Positions 9,419 through 19,370 are shown, numbered from the stretch's first letter. The stretch: 64,000 bases of DNA from an uncultured Alphaproteobacteria bacterium (GCA_902594815.1 CACJNL010000001.1:6188-70187), one strand, 5' to 3'. The notes: a model not told the origin generated them from the sequence alone. Numbers and translations are program-made.

Positions 9419-10303
9419 ATGTCTCAAACGCGTGCAAATTTTTTGATGCTTATTGCTAGTTTGATTTGGGGAACAGCCTTTGTATCTCAAACAACAGGAA
9501 TGGGAACTATTGGACCTTTTACATTTAGTTTTTCAAGATTTTTTTTTGCAACTATCGCAGTATTACCTGTAGCACTATATTTTGAGGCAAATAATTTTTC
9601 AAAAATTTTTTCTAATACAAAACTCTTTACACTATCGATTGCTACTGGTTTTTTTCTTTTTTTGGGAATGGGTTTACAGCAATACGCTCTACAAGTTTCA
9701 CAGGTATCAAACGTAGCTTTCATTACTACTCTGTATGTTCCCATTGTAGGGATAATTTCTCGTTTTGTGTTTAAATCTCAGTTACACTGGATAATCTGGA
9801 TAGCCATCCTATTATGTATGTATGGGTCTTATTTGCTTTCTTCCAATCAAAGTGTTGAAATACAAAAATCTGATGCGCTAATTTTTATTTCCGCATTTTG
9901 TTTTGCTTTTCACATTATATTGATTGATATTTTTATGAAGCAATTCAATTCACCGTTTACTTATGGGAGTATTCAATATTTTGTTGTATTTATTTTATCC
10001 CTCATTTTGGCCTTAACCTTCGAAGAGCCAACTTTAAAAAATATCAGTTTTGAATGGTTTGAGATTTTATATACAGGGATTTTATCTGCTGGGCTAGGAT
10101 ACACGCTACAAATTATTGCCCAACATAAAGCTAGTCCCGCTCCTGCTGCTATCATATTGTCAATGGAGGGTGTCTTTGCGACAATAGCTGCATGGCTTCT
10201 AATAAATCAAACATTAGACTTAAATAAAATTATTGGATGTGTTGCAATTTTTTTTGGTGTCATTATAGTGCAACTTCTACCTATAATAAAAAAAGACATA
10301 TGA
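9419..10303 (+). CDS. DMT/EamA-family transporter
   Basis: 294 aa, 10 TM helices, duplicated EamA organisation. Confidence 0.8.
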   Translation: MSQTRANFLMLIASLIWGTAFVSQTTGMGTIGPFTFSFSRFFFATIAVLPVALYFEANNFSKIFSNTKLFTLSIATGFFLFLGMGLQQYALQVSQVSNVAFITTLYVPIVGIISRFVFKSQLHWIIWIAILLCMYGSYLLSSNQSVEIQKSDALIFISAFCFAFHIILIDIFMKQFNSPFTYGSIQYFVVFILSLILALTFEEPTLKNISFEWFEILYTGILSAGLGYTLQIIAQHKASPAPAAIILSMEGVFATIAAWLLINQTLDLNKIIGCVAIFFGVIIVQLLPIIKKDI

Positions 10304-11274
10304 CAAATAAACTTGATGTTGTTGGCATAGGTAATGCCATGGTTGATGCAATGATCCCTTCTAATAAAGAAGAGGTTGAAAAAAATAATTTAAATCGAGA
10401 CTCCATGAATTTAATTGATGAAGACTTAAAAAACTCCCTTCACAAAAATTATTCCATAAAAGAAATGATCGGGGGAGGCTCTCTTGGAAACTCAATGTTT
10501 GGGATTACTTCGTTTGGTGGAAATGGGAGTTTTATTGGTAAAATTAAAAATGACGACATCGGAATTTTTCTTCAAAAAGATATGGTGAGAGAAGGGTTGC
10601 AATTCCCACTTGGTTTTACTTCCCCTGATATTTCAACTGGTTGTTGTACTATTTTTGTAGAAGATGATGGAACAAGAACAATGTGCACTTTTTTAGGAGC
10701 TGGAACATTAATTAGCCCAGAAGATATTCATCCTGAGCACATCACTAGTCACAAAATTGCTTATTTAGAGGGATACCTTTGGGATAATCAAAATGCCAAG
10801 ATGGCAATGAAAAAAATGGTTGATATATGTAAATCAGATAATCAACAAATAGCATTTACTTTATCTGATTTATTTTGTGTCGATAGACATCGTGATTCAT
10901 TTAAAGAATTAATTGAAAATGATATTGATATTTTGTTTGCGAACGAAGATGAAATTAAAGCACAATGCCAAACTGATAGTTTTGATAAAGCTGTTGATTA
11001 TGCAAAATCTCTTAACATGATTGTTGCAATAACTAGATCAGAAAATGGTTCAGTTGTGATAAATAAAAATGAAGTAATAGAAATTAATCCCGTACAAGTC
11101 GATAGAGTTGTAGATACAACAGGTGCGGGGGATCTATATGCAGCTGGTTTTTTATTTGGTGTTGCAAAAAATAAAGATCTATCAACCTGTGGTCACTATG
11201 CATCAATTGCAGCTGCTGAAATAATTTCTCATTATGGAGCAAGGCCTTTAGTAAAATTATCTAATTTAGTTTAG
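10300..11274 (+). CDS. PfkB-family kinase, probable adenosine kinase
   Basis: The start is moved to ATG 10300, an ATGA overlap with the upstream stop; the track ORF starts at 10237 inside the upstream gene. It has the PfkB motifs VVGIGNAMVD and VVDTTGAGDLYAAGFLFG. It converges on adenosine deaminase. Confidence 0.75.
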   Translation: MTNKLDVVGIGNAMVDAMIPSNKEEVEKNNLNRDSMNLIDEDLKNSLHKNYSIKEMIGGGSLGNSMFGITSFGGNGSFIGKIKNDDIGIFLQKDMVREGLQFPLGFTSPDISTGCCTIFVEDDGTRTMCTFLGAGTLISPEDIHPEHITSHKIAYLEGYLWDNQNAKMAMKKMVDICKSDNQQIAFTLSDLFCVDRHRDSFKELIENDIDILFANEDEIKAQCQTDSFDKAVDYAKSLNMIVAITRSENGSVVINKNEVIEINPVQVDRVVDTTGAGDLYAAGFLFGVAKNKDLSTCGHYASIAAAEIISHYGARPLVKLSNLV

Positions 11275-12241
11275 CTAAAACTTCTCTTTTCTTTTGTTCG
11301 TCTAGAAATGAATATTCGATAGCATTTCTTGTCATCGATATAAGAGCATCATCAGTAAAACCTATATTACTCATTGCTTCATACTCTCCTTGTATTGTAG
11401 CATTGAAGAAGGGAGGGTCATCAGAGTTGACTGTCACTTTAGCACCCAACTCGTGTAATTTTTTTACTGGATGATTTTCATAATTTTCATAAATTTTGGT
11501 GGCAATATTACTGGTAGGACATGTTTCTAAGACAATATCTTTCTCAATAATTTCTTTTACCAATTCTAAGTCTTCAATTGACCTTACACCGTGACCCAAT
11601 CGTGTAGGATGCAATAAATTAATAGCTTTACGAATATTCTCTGGACCATCCCATTCACCTGCATGAACGGTAATGGGAAAATTTTCTTCTTTTAGCATAT
11701 CAAAGGTTTTTGAAAATAAGTGTGGGGGGAAATGCAATTCATCTCCTGCCAATCCAAAACCCACAAGTGTGGGGTGGGGATTTTTTAGAACTTCTTCAGC
11801 TGTGCCCTGAACCGATGCAGGTCCTAAATGTCTAATGCCATTCATTAAGTAACGTGACACAATTCCAAAGTCCCTCTCTGCGTTTAGTGAAGCTTCTTGA
11901 ATACTATCCAGAAAAGATTGGTAGGTCATTCCCTTAGCTTTTGCATGCGTTGAAGAAACCATTGCTTCTACATAAAGCACTTTATGAGAAGCGCATTCTT
12001 TTAAATATTCATATGTTAATTCATAATAATCTTCTGGTGTATGAATGACAGAAGTTACGATGTCATATTTTTTTAAAAAATCATAAAAATCTTCCCACTG
12101 ATACGCATACTCAGAGCCAAAAAAATCATCTGAGAGGATCACTTTATTGCGCTTGGCAAATTTTCTACATAAAGATGGTGTTATTGTTGCCTCAAGATGG
12201 ACATGAATTTCTGCTTTTGGTATATGAGATATTGAGTTCAT
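11261..12241 (-). CDS. add: adenosine deaminase
   Basis: Motifs KAEIHVHLEATI, HAGE and SDDPPFF. The preferred start is ATG 12241 (MNSISHIPKAE...). The longer track start at 12274 would overlap the divergent gene. Confidence 0.85.
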   Translation of the reverse strand: MNSISHIPKAEIHVHLEATITPSLCRKFAKRNKVILSDDFFGSEYAYQWEDFYDFLKKYDIVTSVIHTPEDYYELTYEYLKECASHKVLYVEAMVSSTHAKAKGMTYQSFLDSIQEASLNAERDFGIVSRYLMNGIRHLGPASVQGTAEEVLKNPHPTLVGFGLAGDELHFPPHLFSKTFDMLKEENFPITVHAGEWDGPENIRKAINLLHPTRLGHGVRSIEDLELVKEIIEKDIVLETCPTSNIATKIYENYENHPVKKLHELGAKVTVNSDDPPFFNATIQGEYEAMSNIGFTDDALISMTRNAIEYSFLDEQKKREVLAKLN

Positions 12242-12267
12242 GAAATTTATTTTATATTTATAGATTA

Positions 12268-13089
12268 ATGTCAATTTTTAATAACATATCAAGGAGAAAG
12301 TTTATTTATGGATCGACTTGTTTTTGTGCATCAAGCTTAATTTTACCATCCTGTACTGAGGTTGCGTTATCAGAACGACAACAGTTTAATATTTTATCAG
12401 ATGATTTTTTGTATTCAAAAACTTTTCCTGCATACAATAATTTCAAATCGCAGTCTAAACTGATCACTGGGACATCAGAATATAATGAAATAGTTGATAT
12501 TGGTTTTAGAATCCGCGATGCCATTAATGTGTATTACAATACAAAGGGACAAGAAGATCCAACATCTAATTTTCAGTGGGAATTTATTCTTGTTGATGAT
12601 GATCAAACCAAAAATGCTTGGTGTATGCCAGGTGGCAAAATTGCATTTTATTCTGGAATTCTTCCCATAGCTAAAAATGAAGATGGTATTGCATCCATCA
12701 TGGGACATGAAATAGCCCACGCAGTAGCAAGACACTCCGCAGAAAGAGCTAGTACGGCAATGCTAACTGATTTTGGAATAATGGCTTTAGAAAAATTTGT
12801 TTTAGGGCAACGACTGCCGCAGGCATCTGGATATGTTCGACAATTTGGTCTTGATTTGCCTTTTAATAGAAAACAAGAATCCGAAGCAGATTATTTAGGA
12901 ATAATTTTTTCAAGCTTAGCAGGTTATAATATTGAAGAGTCTTATAAAGTTTGGGAGCGAATGAAAGAAGAGACAGGTTCTGGTCCCACAGAATTTTGGA
13001 GTACCCATCCATCACCAGATAATAGAATTAAAAAATTAAAGGAATGGATACCGATTGTATCAAGACAGTATCCTGCTATAAGTGTTTAA
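12268..13089 (+). CDS. M48-family zinc metallopeptidase, lipoprotein
   Basis: Lipobox (LILPSC), HEIAHAVARH zinc motif and a downstream E(S)EADY motif. Confidence 0.8.
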   Translation: MSIFNNISRRKFIYGSTCFCASSLILPSCTEVALSERQQFNILSDDFLYSKTFPAYNNFKSQSKLITGTSEYNEIVDIGFRIRDAINVYYNTKGQEDPTSNFQWEFILVDDDQTKNAWCMPGGKIAFYSGILPIAKNEDGIASIMGHEIAHAVARHSAERASTAMLTDFGIMALEKFVLGQRLPQASGYVRQFGLDLPFNRKQESEADYLGIIFSSLAGYNIEESYKVWERMKEETGSGPTEFWSTHPSPDNRIKKLKEWIPIVSRQYPAISV

Positions 13090-14135
13090 TGCTAGCTGTT
13101 AGTATAAAAAACCTTAGTCACAAAATTAATAATAAACCTATTTTAAATAATGTTAATTTTGAATTAAAAAAAGATTCTATTGCGTGCATTCTTGGACCTT
13201 CCGGTAGTGGTAAAACAACATTATTAAAATTAATAGCAGGTTTAGATAAAGTCCAAAGTGGTAAAATCTTTATAAATGAACAAGAAGTAAGTTCTGCTAA
13301 TAAACATCTCGCAACTGAGAAAAGAAAAATTGGTTATCTGTTTCAGGACTACGCGCTCTTTCCTCACTTAACAGTCAAAGAAAATCTTAAATATCCTATT
13401 AATTTTAAAAACTCTATTTATACGATTAATGATATTATTGATGTTATTAAATTACCAAATTCTCTTGATAAGTATCCACATGAATTAAGTGGTGGAGAAC
13501 AACAACGAGTTGCTTTAGCAAGATCTATAATTTCTCATCCAGATTTATTATTATTAGACGAACCATTTTCTAGTCTTGATTTGAATTTAAGAGAGGAAAT
13601 ACGTGATGATACACTTCACTTACTCCAAAAATCTAATGTATCAACAATAATAGTTACGCATGATCCTTTTGAAGCAATGTTTATTTCAAATCAAATAAAT
13701 ATCATGGATGATAATGGTAGTATTATTCAATCTGGTTCTCCAGCAGATTTATACAATACTCCTAAGAATGAATATGTTACAAGATTTTTTGGAGAGACAA
13801 ATGTTTTTCATGGTAACGCAATTGACTCTATAGTTGCTACTCCTGTTGGCAACGTAAGAGTAGATCCTAAGTATAAGAACAAAAATGTTACAGTTCACAT
13901 AAGACCTCAAGGAATAAAATTAAGTGAACAACCAACGCCTGTTAACGGAATCAAGGGCACAGTTATGGCTTCAAAATTAATGGGTTCATTTAGTTTTATT
14001 CATTTATCAGTTTTAAATAATAAAAATGAAGTGGTGCATGTTCATAGCCACATGCCTCCTGAATTTAACCCTAAACAATCTTCTGCTGTAGAAATTGCAG
14101 TGGATGAAAAACATACTTTCGTTTTTGAAAGTTAA
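13089..14135 (+). CDS. fbpC: ABC transporter ATP-binding protein, Fe(3+)/polyamine (FbpC/PotA) type
   Basis: Start taken at ATG 13089, a TAATG overlap with the M48 stop. Walker A GPSGSGKTT, signature LSGGEQQRV, Walker B LLLLDEP, and a C-terminal TOBE-like domain. The 3' end overlaps the fbpB 3' end by 4 nt on the opposite strand. Confidence 0.75.
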   Translation: MLAVSIKNLSHKINNKPILNNVNFELKKDSIACILGPSGSGKTTLLKLIAGLDKVQSGKIFINEQEVSSANKHLATEKRKIGYLFQDYALFPHLTVKENLKYPINFKNSIYTINDIIDVIKLPNSLDKYPHELSGGEQQRVALARSIISHPDLLLLDEPFSSLDLNLREEIRDDTLHLLQKSNVSTIIVTHDPFEAMFISNQINIMDDNGSIIQSGSPADLYNTPKNEYVTRFFGETNVFHGNAIDSIVATPVGNVRVDPKYKNKNVTVHIRPQGIKLSEQPTPVNGIKGTVMASKLMGSFSFIHLSVLNNKNEVVHVHSHMPPEFNPKQSSAVEIAVDEKHTFVFES

Positions 14136-15739
14136 ATACTTTCTTTTCTCTGTGATACTCTTTGCAATGCAGAGTTTAAAAATATAATTGGACCTAACCC
14201 AACTACAACAATAATAAGAGCAGCAAAAGAAGACTCTTGTAAAAGTTCATCTGAAGCATACTGATAGACATAAGTTGCCAAAGTTTCAAAGTTGAAAGGA
14301 CGCAATAAAAGTGTGATGGGAAGTTCTTTTAATATATCAACAAAAACCAATATTCCCCCAATTAATATATTAGAAAATATCAAGGGCATAATTACAACTT
14401 TAACTCCTTTATAAAAACCAGCTCCCATAGTCAAAGAAGCATCCATAGCATTTGGATGAATTTTTAAAATTCCTGATCTAATAGATGCATTTCCTACAGC
14501 CAAAAATCTTACTATGTAAGCAAATATCAAAACAATAAAACCTCCTGCAACATAACTTAGATGAAGATGAAGGTATTTATTAATCCATCCTAGGAAAATC
14601 ACCATTCCTACTGCTAATATTGTTCCTGGCAGGGCATATCCACAAGACGCAAGAAAAATTAGGGATTTTTGAAAATTATTTGATTTATATTGAGAGATTA
14701 TAATTAAAAATATTGAAGCCAGCATAACAAAAAAAGCACCTGTAAGAGCCAAAGTAATACTAAAAAAAGAAGTGTAGAATATTTGTGTGAAATCAATAAT
14801 CGAAAAACCACTAAAAATAAAATTTAATAACACAGATACAGGAATAACAAATCCTATAACTATAGGTATTATACAAACAAAAAAACAAATTATTTTCTTA
14901 ACATTCGATGTAGTTTTAGCCTCTATCATATTTTGACCACTACTTTTTTCATGAAATCTTTGATTTCTTCTAGCAAGATATTCTATAGTTATTAAGACAA
15001 CTACAAATATAAATAAAACAGATGAAATTTGTGAAGCTCCTGACAAACTATTCATGCCAAGCCACACGTTAAAAACACCTAAAGTTAATGTTTCAAGCGC
15101 AAAATATTCAACAGTACCAAAATCAGATACAGTTTCCATTAACACAAGAGCCAAACCAGCTATGATACCAGGTCGGGCAAGTGGTAAAGCAACACTAAAA
15201 AAACTACTTCTTCCATATATTAAGCTTGTTTGAAAAAAAGATATAGGCACGGTTAGAAATGATGCTCTGGTAGTCATATAAATATATGGATATAAAACAA
15301 ATGACATTACAAATATTGCTCCTTCCATAGATCTTATTTCAGGAAACCAATATTCTTCTGCATTTTTAAAATTAAAAAACTCTCTTATAATTTTTTGAAC
15401 CGGTCCTGCATACTCTAAAAAATCTGTATAGGTGTATGCAATTATGTAGGCTGGAACTGCTGCTGGTAATAATAAAGCCCATTCAAAAAAATTCTTCCCA
15501 AAAAAATTATACCTGGTAACAACCCATGCGGTAGATATACCTAAAAAAGAGCTTAACAAACCAACACCTATCATTAATATAATTGTATTTGAAATATATC
15601 TTGGCAATACAGTCGAGAATAAATGAGGCCACAATGAAGTGTCACCTAAAAAAGCAGAATAAAAAATTGCAAATACTGGCGCAATAATAATTAATGCAAC
15701 TAAAGTAGCAAATAAAGATGAATTATTCCAATTTAACAA
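14132..15739 (-). CDS. fbpB: iron(III) ABC transporter permease (two fused permease domains)
   Basis: 535 aa, about 12 TM helices, duplicated binding-protein-dependent permease domain. Follows fbpA. Confidence 0.8.
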   Translation of the reverse strand: MLNWNNSSLFATLVALIIIAPVFAIFYSAFLGDTSLWPHLFSTVLPRYISNTIILMIGVGLLSSFLGISTAWVVTRYNFFGKNFFEWALLLPAAVPAYIIAYTYTDFLEYAGPVQKIIREFFNFKNAEEYWFPEIRSMEGAIFVMSFVLYPYIYMTTRASFLTVPISFFQTSLIYGRSSFFSVALPLARPGIIAGLALVLMETVSDFGTVEYFALETLTLGVFNVWLGMNSLSGASQISSVLFIFVVVLITIEYLARRNQRFHEKSSGQNMIEAKTTSNVKKIICFFVCIIPIVIGFVIPVSVLLNFIFSGFSIIDFTQIFYTSFFSITLALTGAFFVMLASIFLIIISQYKSNNFQKSLIFLASCGYALPGTILAVGMVIFLGWINKYLHLHLSYVAGGFIVLIFAYIVRFLAVGNASIRSGILKIHPNAMDASLTMGAGFYKGVKVVIMPLIFSNILIGGILVFVDILKELPITLLLRPFNFETLATYVYQYASDELLQESSFAALIIVVVGLGPIIFLNSALQRVSQRKESI

Positions 15740-15757
15740 AACAGTTGATGTTATAGA

Positions 15758-16777
15758 TTACCATCCAACTCTATCAATTATTTTTTGAGCTTCAGGAGCA
15801 AGTTCAGCAATTTTTATAATTGGTAATTTATCTTCCCTGAAGTTTCCCCAGGAACTAAGCTCTTTACTTGGATTTACGATGGGATTAACAGGATACTCAA
15901 AATTTATTTCACCATATAATTGTTGAGATTCTTTTGTAGTTAAAAATTCTAACAACATTATTGCTTCTTTTTTGTTTTTTGAGTGTAGGGCAACACCTCC
16001 ACCCGATATGTTAATATGTGCCCCGCGGTCACCTTCTTTTTGATTTGGAAAAATCAGCTTTACTTTTTCAGCCCATTTTCTTTGCTCAGGATCTTCAGAA
16101 AATTTTAATTTTCCATAATAATAATTATTAATAATTGCTATATTGCATTCACCTTCATAAATTGACTTAATTTGCGCTCTGTCATTTCCTTGAGGTCTTC
16201 GCGCAAAATTATTTACAAGACCTTTTGCCCAAGCTTCCGCGTTTGCTTCTCCGTATTCCGCTAAAACAGATGCCATGATCCCTCTATTATAAACATGACT
16301 TCCAGGCCTTGAACAAATTTGGCCTTTCCATTTCGAGTCGGCTAAGTCTTCTAATCTAGTTATTTCACCATCCTTAATTTTTTCTTTATTTACCGCAATA
16401 ACCCTTGCTCTTTTAGAGAGAGCAAACCAATTGTTTTCAGGGCTTCTTAAATGTGATGGGACATTTTCTATTAATTTTTTTGACTCTATAGAGGCTAAAA
16501 GATTCAAATCTGAGTAAATATATAATCTTCCTATATCGACAGTTAAAATAACGTCAGCTGGACTGTTTTCTCCTTCTGATTGTAATCTTTGTGCAAGACC
16601 TTTTTTTGAATAGATAACGTTTGTTTTAATTCCAGTTTCATTCGTAAACAATTCTAAAAAAGGGTTAATTAAGAAAGGTTGTCTATGCGAATATATATTA
16701 ATTTCTTTAGCAAAAAGATTTAGTGAAAAACATGTAATAAAGATTATTGATAAAATATTAATAGTATTTTTTTTCAT
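15758..16777 (-). CDS. fbpA: Fe(3+) ABC transporter periplasmic binding protein
   Basis: 339 aa with a signal peptide. FbpA/SfuA-like sequence and size. Confidence 0.8.
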   Translation of the reverse strand: MKKNTINILSIIFITCFSLNLFAKEINIYSHRQPFLINPFLELFTNETGIKTNVIYSKKGLAQRLQSEGENSPADVILTVDIGRLYIYSDLNLLASIESKKLIENVPSHLRSPENNWFALSKRARVIAVNKEKIKDGEITRLEDLADSKWKGQICSRPGSHVYNRGIMASVLAEYGEANAEAWAKGLVNNFARRPQGNDRAQIKSIYEGECNIAIINNYYYGKLKFSEDPEQRKWAEKVKLIFPNQKEGDRGAHINISGGGVALHSKNKKEAIMLLEFLTTKESQQLYGEINFEYPVNPIVNPSKELSSWGNFREDKLPIIKIAELAPEAQKIIDRVGW

Positions 16778-17777
16778 TAGAATAACTCCTCTTAAAAAGA
16801 TTAAAATAAAATTTTTTTCGTAGCAAATTTAAATTTTTAATAAAATAATTCTTTATTTCAAAAAAAGGATTTAAATATAGTGTTTTTAAATCATGACTTT
16901 CGTCTTTTTGATTTTTTTCAATTCCAAGATTGAGTGTTTCAAAATCAACAGAATGATGTAATGAACCAAAAAGCCAATCCCAAATTGCTAATGCAGCGCC
17001 AAAATTTTTATCATGATGTTCCTTAGCTATAGAGTGATGCAGTTGATGTTGGGCTGGTGAAATAAAAATATATTCTACCCACTTCCAATATTGAATACCT
17101 ATATGAGAATGCCGTAAGTTTGAACCCAATACATTAAATATAAATACAAAAATATTTACTCCCAATATTGTAAACAAGCTAACTGTATTTCCAAATAAAA
17201 AAATAAATGTTGAAATACTAATAGCTTGTGTAACTGAACTTCTTAAAGAAAAAATAATTCCTTCTAACGGATGTGTTCTAAACACTGTCATTGGGGTAAG
17301 AACGGTTGCTGAATGATGGACTTTATGCAGTGACCAAAGAATTGGCCAACGATGCATAAATCTATGAATGAAATACTTACTAAAATCATCAATGGTAAAT
17401 TGAAAAGTCGTAAAAGAAATTACCACAATAATAGGTAAAGTATTTGAAAACATTCCAACACTAAGCCAATCTATTGAGTGAAAATAAAAGTATAAGGCTG
17501 TGGCTATTGTTAAGTGTGTTATCAATATTGGTGAAACTATCATCATTATTAATTGATTGATGAAAAAAACTTTATAATCTGATTTTGCTGATTTAGAAAA
17601 AAATATATTCCAATTAAAAATTTTTTTTAAAGCGGTTTTTAAGGTAAATTTTTTATTTAAGATAAACCAACCTAAGGCAATGAATATTGATATAACAATA
17701 TATGCAATAAAAACTCTTTTTTTTGGATCAATAAATTGACTACCAATTTTAAAAAAATAGTCTGACAGAATATCCAT
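16758..17777 (-). CDS. fatty-acid hydroxylase / sterol desaturase superfamily membrane di-iron oxygenase
   Basis: 339 aa, polytopic, with three His boxes (HRFMHR, HKVHHS, HQLHHS plus HHDKNFG). The 3' end overlaps the fbpA start by 20 nt. Confidence 0.8.
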   Translation of the reverse strand: MDILSDYFFKIGSQFIDPKKRVFIAYIVISIFIALGWFILNKKFTLKTALKKIFNWNIFFSKSAKSDYKVFFINQLIMMIVSPILITHLTIATALYFYFHSIDWLSVGMFSNTLPIIVVISFTTFQFTIDDFSKYFIHRFMHRWPILWSLHKVHHSATVLTPMTVFRTHPLEGIIFSLRSSVTQAISISTFIFLFGNTVSLFTILGVNIFVFIFNVLGSNLRHSHIGIQYWKWVEYIFISPAQHQLHHSIAKEHHDKNFGAALAIWDWLFGSLHHSVDFETLNLGIEKNQKDESHDLKTLYLNPFFEIKNYFIKNLNLLRKKFYFNLFKRSYSNEKKYY

Positions 17778-17788
17778 ATAACTTCATA

Positions 17789-17813
17789 GTGTGGCTTTTT
17801 TAAAAAGCCACAC
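17789..17813 (-). other. intercistronic perfect palindrome/hairpin GTGTGGCTTTTT(T)AAAAAGCCACAC
   Basis: Read directly. 12-bp arms (7 GC-rich plus 5 A/T) in the 47-nt gap between the 458-aa gene and the hydroxylase gene. No U-tract follows on the minus strand. Confidence 0.4.
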
Positions 17814-17824
17814 AAAATTTAATA

Positions 17825-19201
17825 TTAGTCATTTTCTGCAGAGTCTGAACTGCCTAGTGAGCTAGCAAGATCTTCCATCGCAGATAGTTGATCATTAGCT
17901 TTAGCAGTGACGCCAAATTCATCGATCATAAGTTTTTGAATTTTAAGCATATGTAACTTAAACTCACCCCATTCCTGAGCTTGATCTTTGATGAAATTAC
18001 CATTTGAATCAACTCCAACAACTTGTGAAGCATTTAGTAGAACTGGTCCAAAGCCCATCATTCTATTCATTTTAACAGCTGCTTCTCCTAGATTTTCTGG
18101 TCCACACTGAAGTGCTAAAGCAAAGCCTTTAAGCTCTCCCCAATGTTTTGCATATTTTCTAAACGTATCAGTCGTATCACCATTTGCTTCGACGATTGTT
18201 TCAAGCGCTACTATATCTTTGTAGGTTGAACCTGCATACTTAAATACAGACTCAGCAATTACTTTTTGCCAATTATCTCTAATAGTATCTCTTGCTGCTA
18301 ACATAGCAGTTCTTTCATCAAAGTTAAGGTTACGACCACCAGCATCTCTAATAACTTCTCTTCCATCTATAAATGCTTGATTAACTGTAGCAAGGTAGTT
18401 TGTCTTTCCACCTTTGTCATAACTTGATGCGTAGTAAGCATGAGCATATAACATCTCAGAATACAAATCTACAACACCATCTCCATTATAATCTGCTGAA
18501 GATAAATCTTTCATCTTGGCAACGTTATAGTTTTCTTCAGCTGATAATGTTAAAGAATGTGCTGGCGCACCCCAATATCCAAAAGCTTCATCCCAACTAT
18601 GTTCTTTACCAGTATAATAAGATCCTTCTTTGTAAGGTTTATTATTTGGTTTTTCCCCAACTTTCATTTTTTTTCCAAGATAGTTATTTACTGCTTGGTT
18701 GTAGAACACAGCACCCATTGCAAATTTAGAAATCAATTGTGTGTAATCAAATCCAGTATTTGGATCAAAACCACCCTCAACTTCACTAGCTTTTTGCATC
18801 ATGTGTTCAATAGCTTCAGGACCGGTTAGTCCTCCCCAGCCAGGAATTGCGCCTTTATACATTTTGCCAGACAAGTTACCACTACCTATTTCAGCAACCA
18901 TGGTTTGCATAACAGGGAAACCATCCTTAGATTTTGGGGCAATGATTTCTAGACCATCTTCACCATTGTAATAAGCCATCATTTTATCGAGATCACCTGT
19001 TTTAACAAGTTTTTTCAAACTATCATGCAGAACTTGTCTCGCCATTTGACCAGTATATTTTACAGAATTTGTCTTATCGCCATCATAACCTTTAAGTGTA
19101 ATTGGATAAGGTCCATATATTTGATGACCATCAGCCAATAATGATTTTGAAAAACTAATTGCTATTATTATTGAAGCAACAATTGTAATTATTTTTTTCA
19201 T
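17825..19201 (-). CDS. secreted protein of unknown function (first gene of the iron operon)
   Basis: 458 aa with a clean signal peptide (…FSKSLLA/DGHQ) and SD GAGGAG 6 nt upstream. The EHSWDEAFGYWGAP segment only faintly recalls the imelysin/EfeO-type H..E..LWG motif (also considered: DUF4856). No confident family call. Confidence 0.8.
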   Translation of the reverse strand: MKKIITIVASIIIAISFSKSLLADGHQIYGPYPITLKGYDGDKTNSVKYTGQMARQVLHDSLKKLVKTGDLDKMMAYYNGEDGLEIIAPKSKDGFPVMQTMVAEIGSGNLSGKMYKGAIPGWGGLTGPEAIEHMMQKASEVEGGFDPNTGFDYTQLISKFAMGAVFYNQAVNNYLGKKMKVGEKPNNKPYKEGSYYTGKEHSWDEAFGYWGAPAHSLTLSAEENYNVAKMKDLSSADYNGDGVVDLYSEMLYAHAYYASSYDKGGKTNYLATVNQAFIDGREVIRDAGGRNLNFDERTAMLAARDTIRDNWQKVIAESVFKYAGSTYKDIVALETIVEANGDTTDTFRKYAKHWGELKGFALALQCGPENLGEAAVKMNRMMGFGPVLLNASQVVGVDSNGNFIKDQAQEWGEFKLHMLKIQKLMIDEFGVTAKANDQLSAMEDLASSLGSSDSAEND

Positions 19202-19227
19202 AAACTCCTCGTAATAAATTTTTAATT

Positions 19228-19273
19228 GCGGGAGCAGAATAACGGAATTGCTGATCTTGTTTATTGCTCCCGC
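19228..19273 (-). promoter_or_regulatory. GC-rich stem-loop in the 5' leader of the iron operon
   Basis: Perfect 9-bp stem GCGGGAGCA/TGCTCCCGC enclosing 28 nt. It ends 17 nt upstream of the SD, in an otherwise AT-rich leader. Confidence 0.4.
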
Positions 19274-19370
19274 GTCCTCTTATTGAGAATCTAACAACTT
19301 TTTTATTTATAAAATTTCAAAGTTTAATTATAAAAAAATTCCCTAGGTATTTTCTAAAGAATTTAATATT

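Noticed and set aside
10237-10299. Longest-ORF starts that extend into upstream genes: 10237, 13044, 34295, 37204, 50808, 12274 and 57698
   Set aside because: In each case an internal ATG gives a homologue-like N-terminus and a typical ATGA/TAATG junction. The extensions encode implausible peptides.
18400-18829. Two plus-strand ORFs (109 and 90 aa) inside the 458-aa secreted-protein gene
   Set aside because: They are antisense, overlap each other and have no recognisable features. The sense gene has an SD, a signal peptide and operon context.
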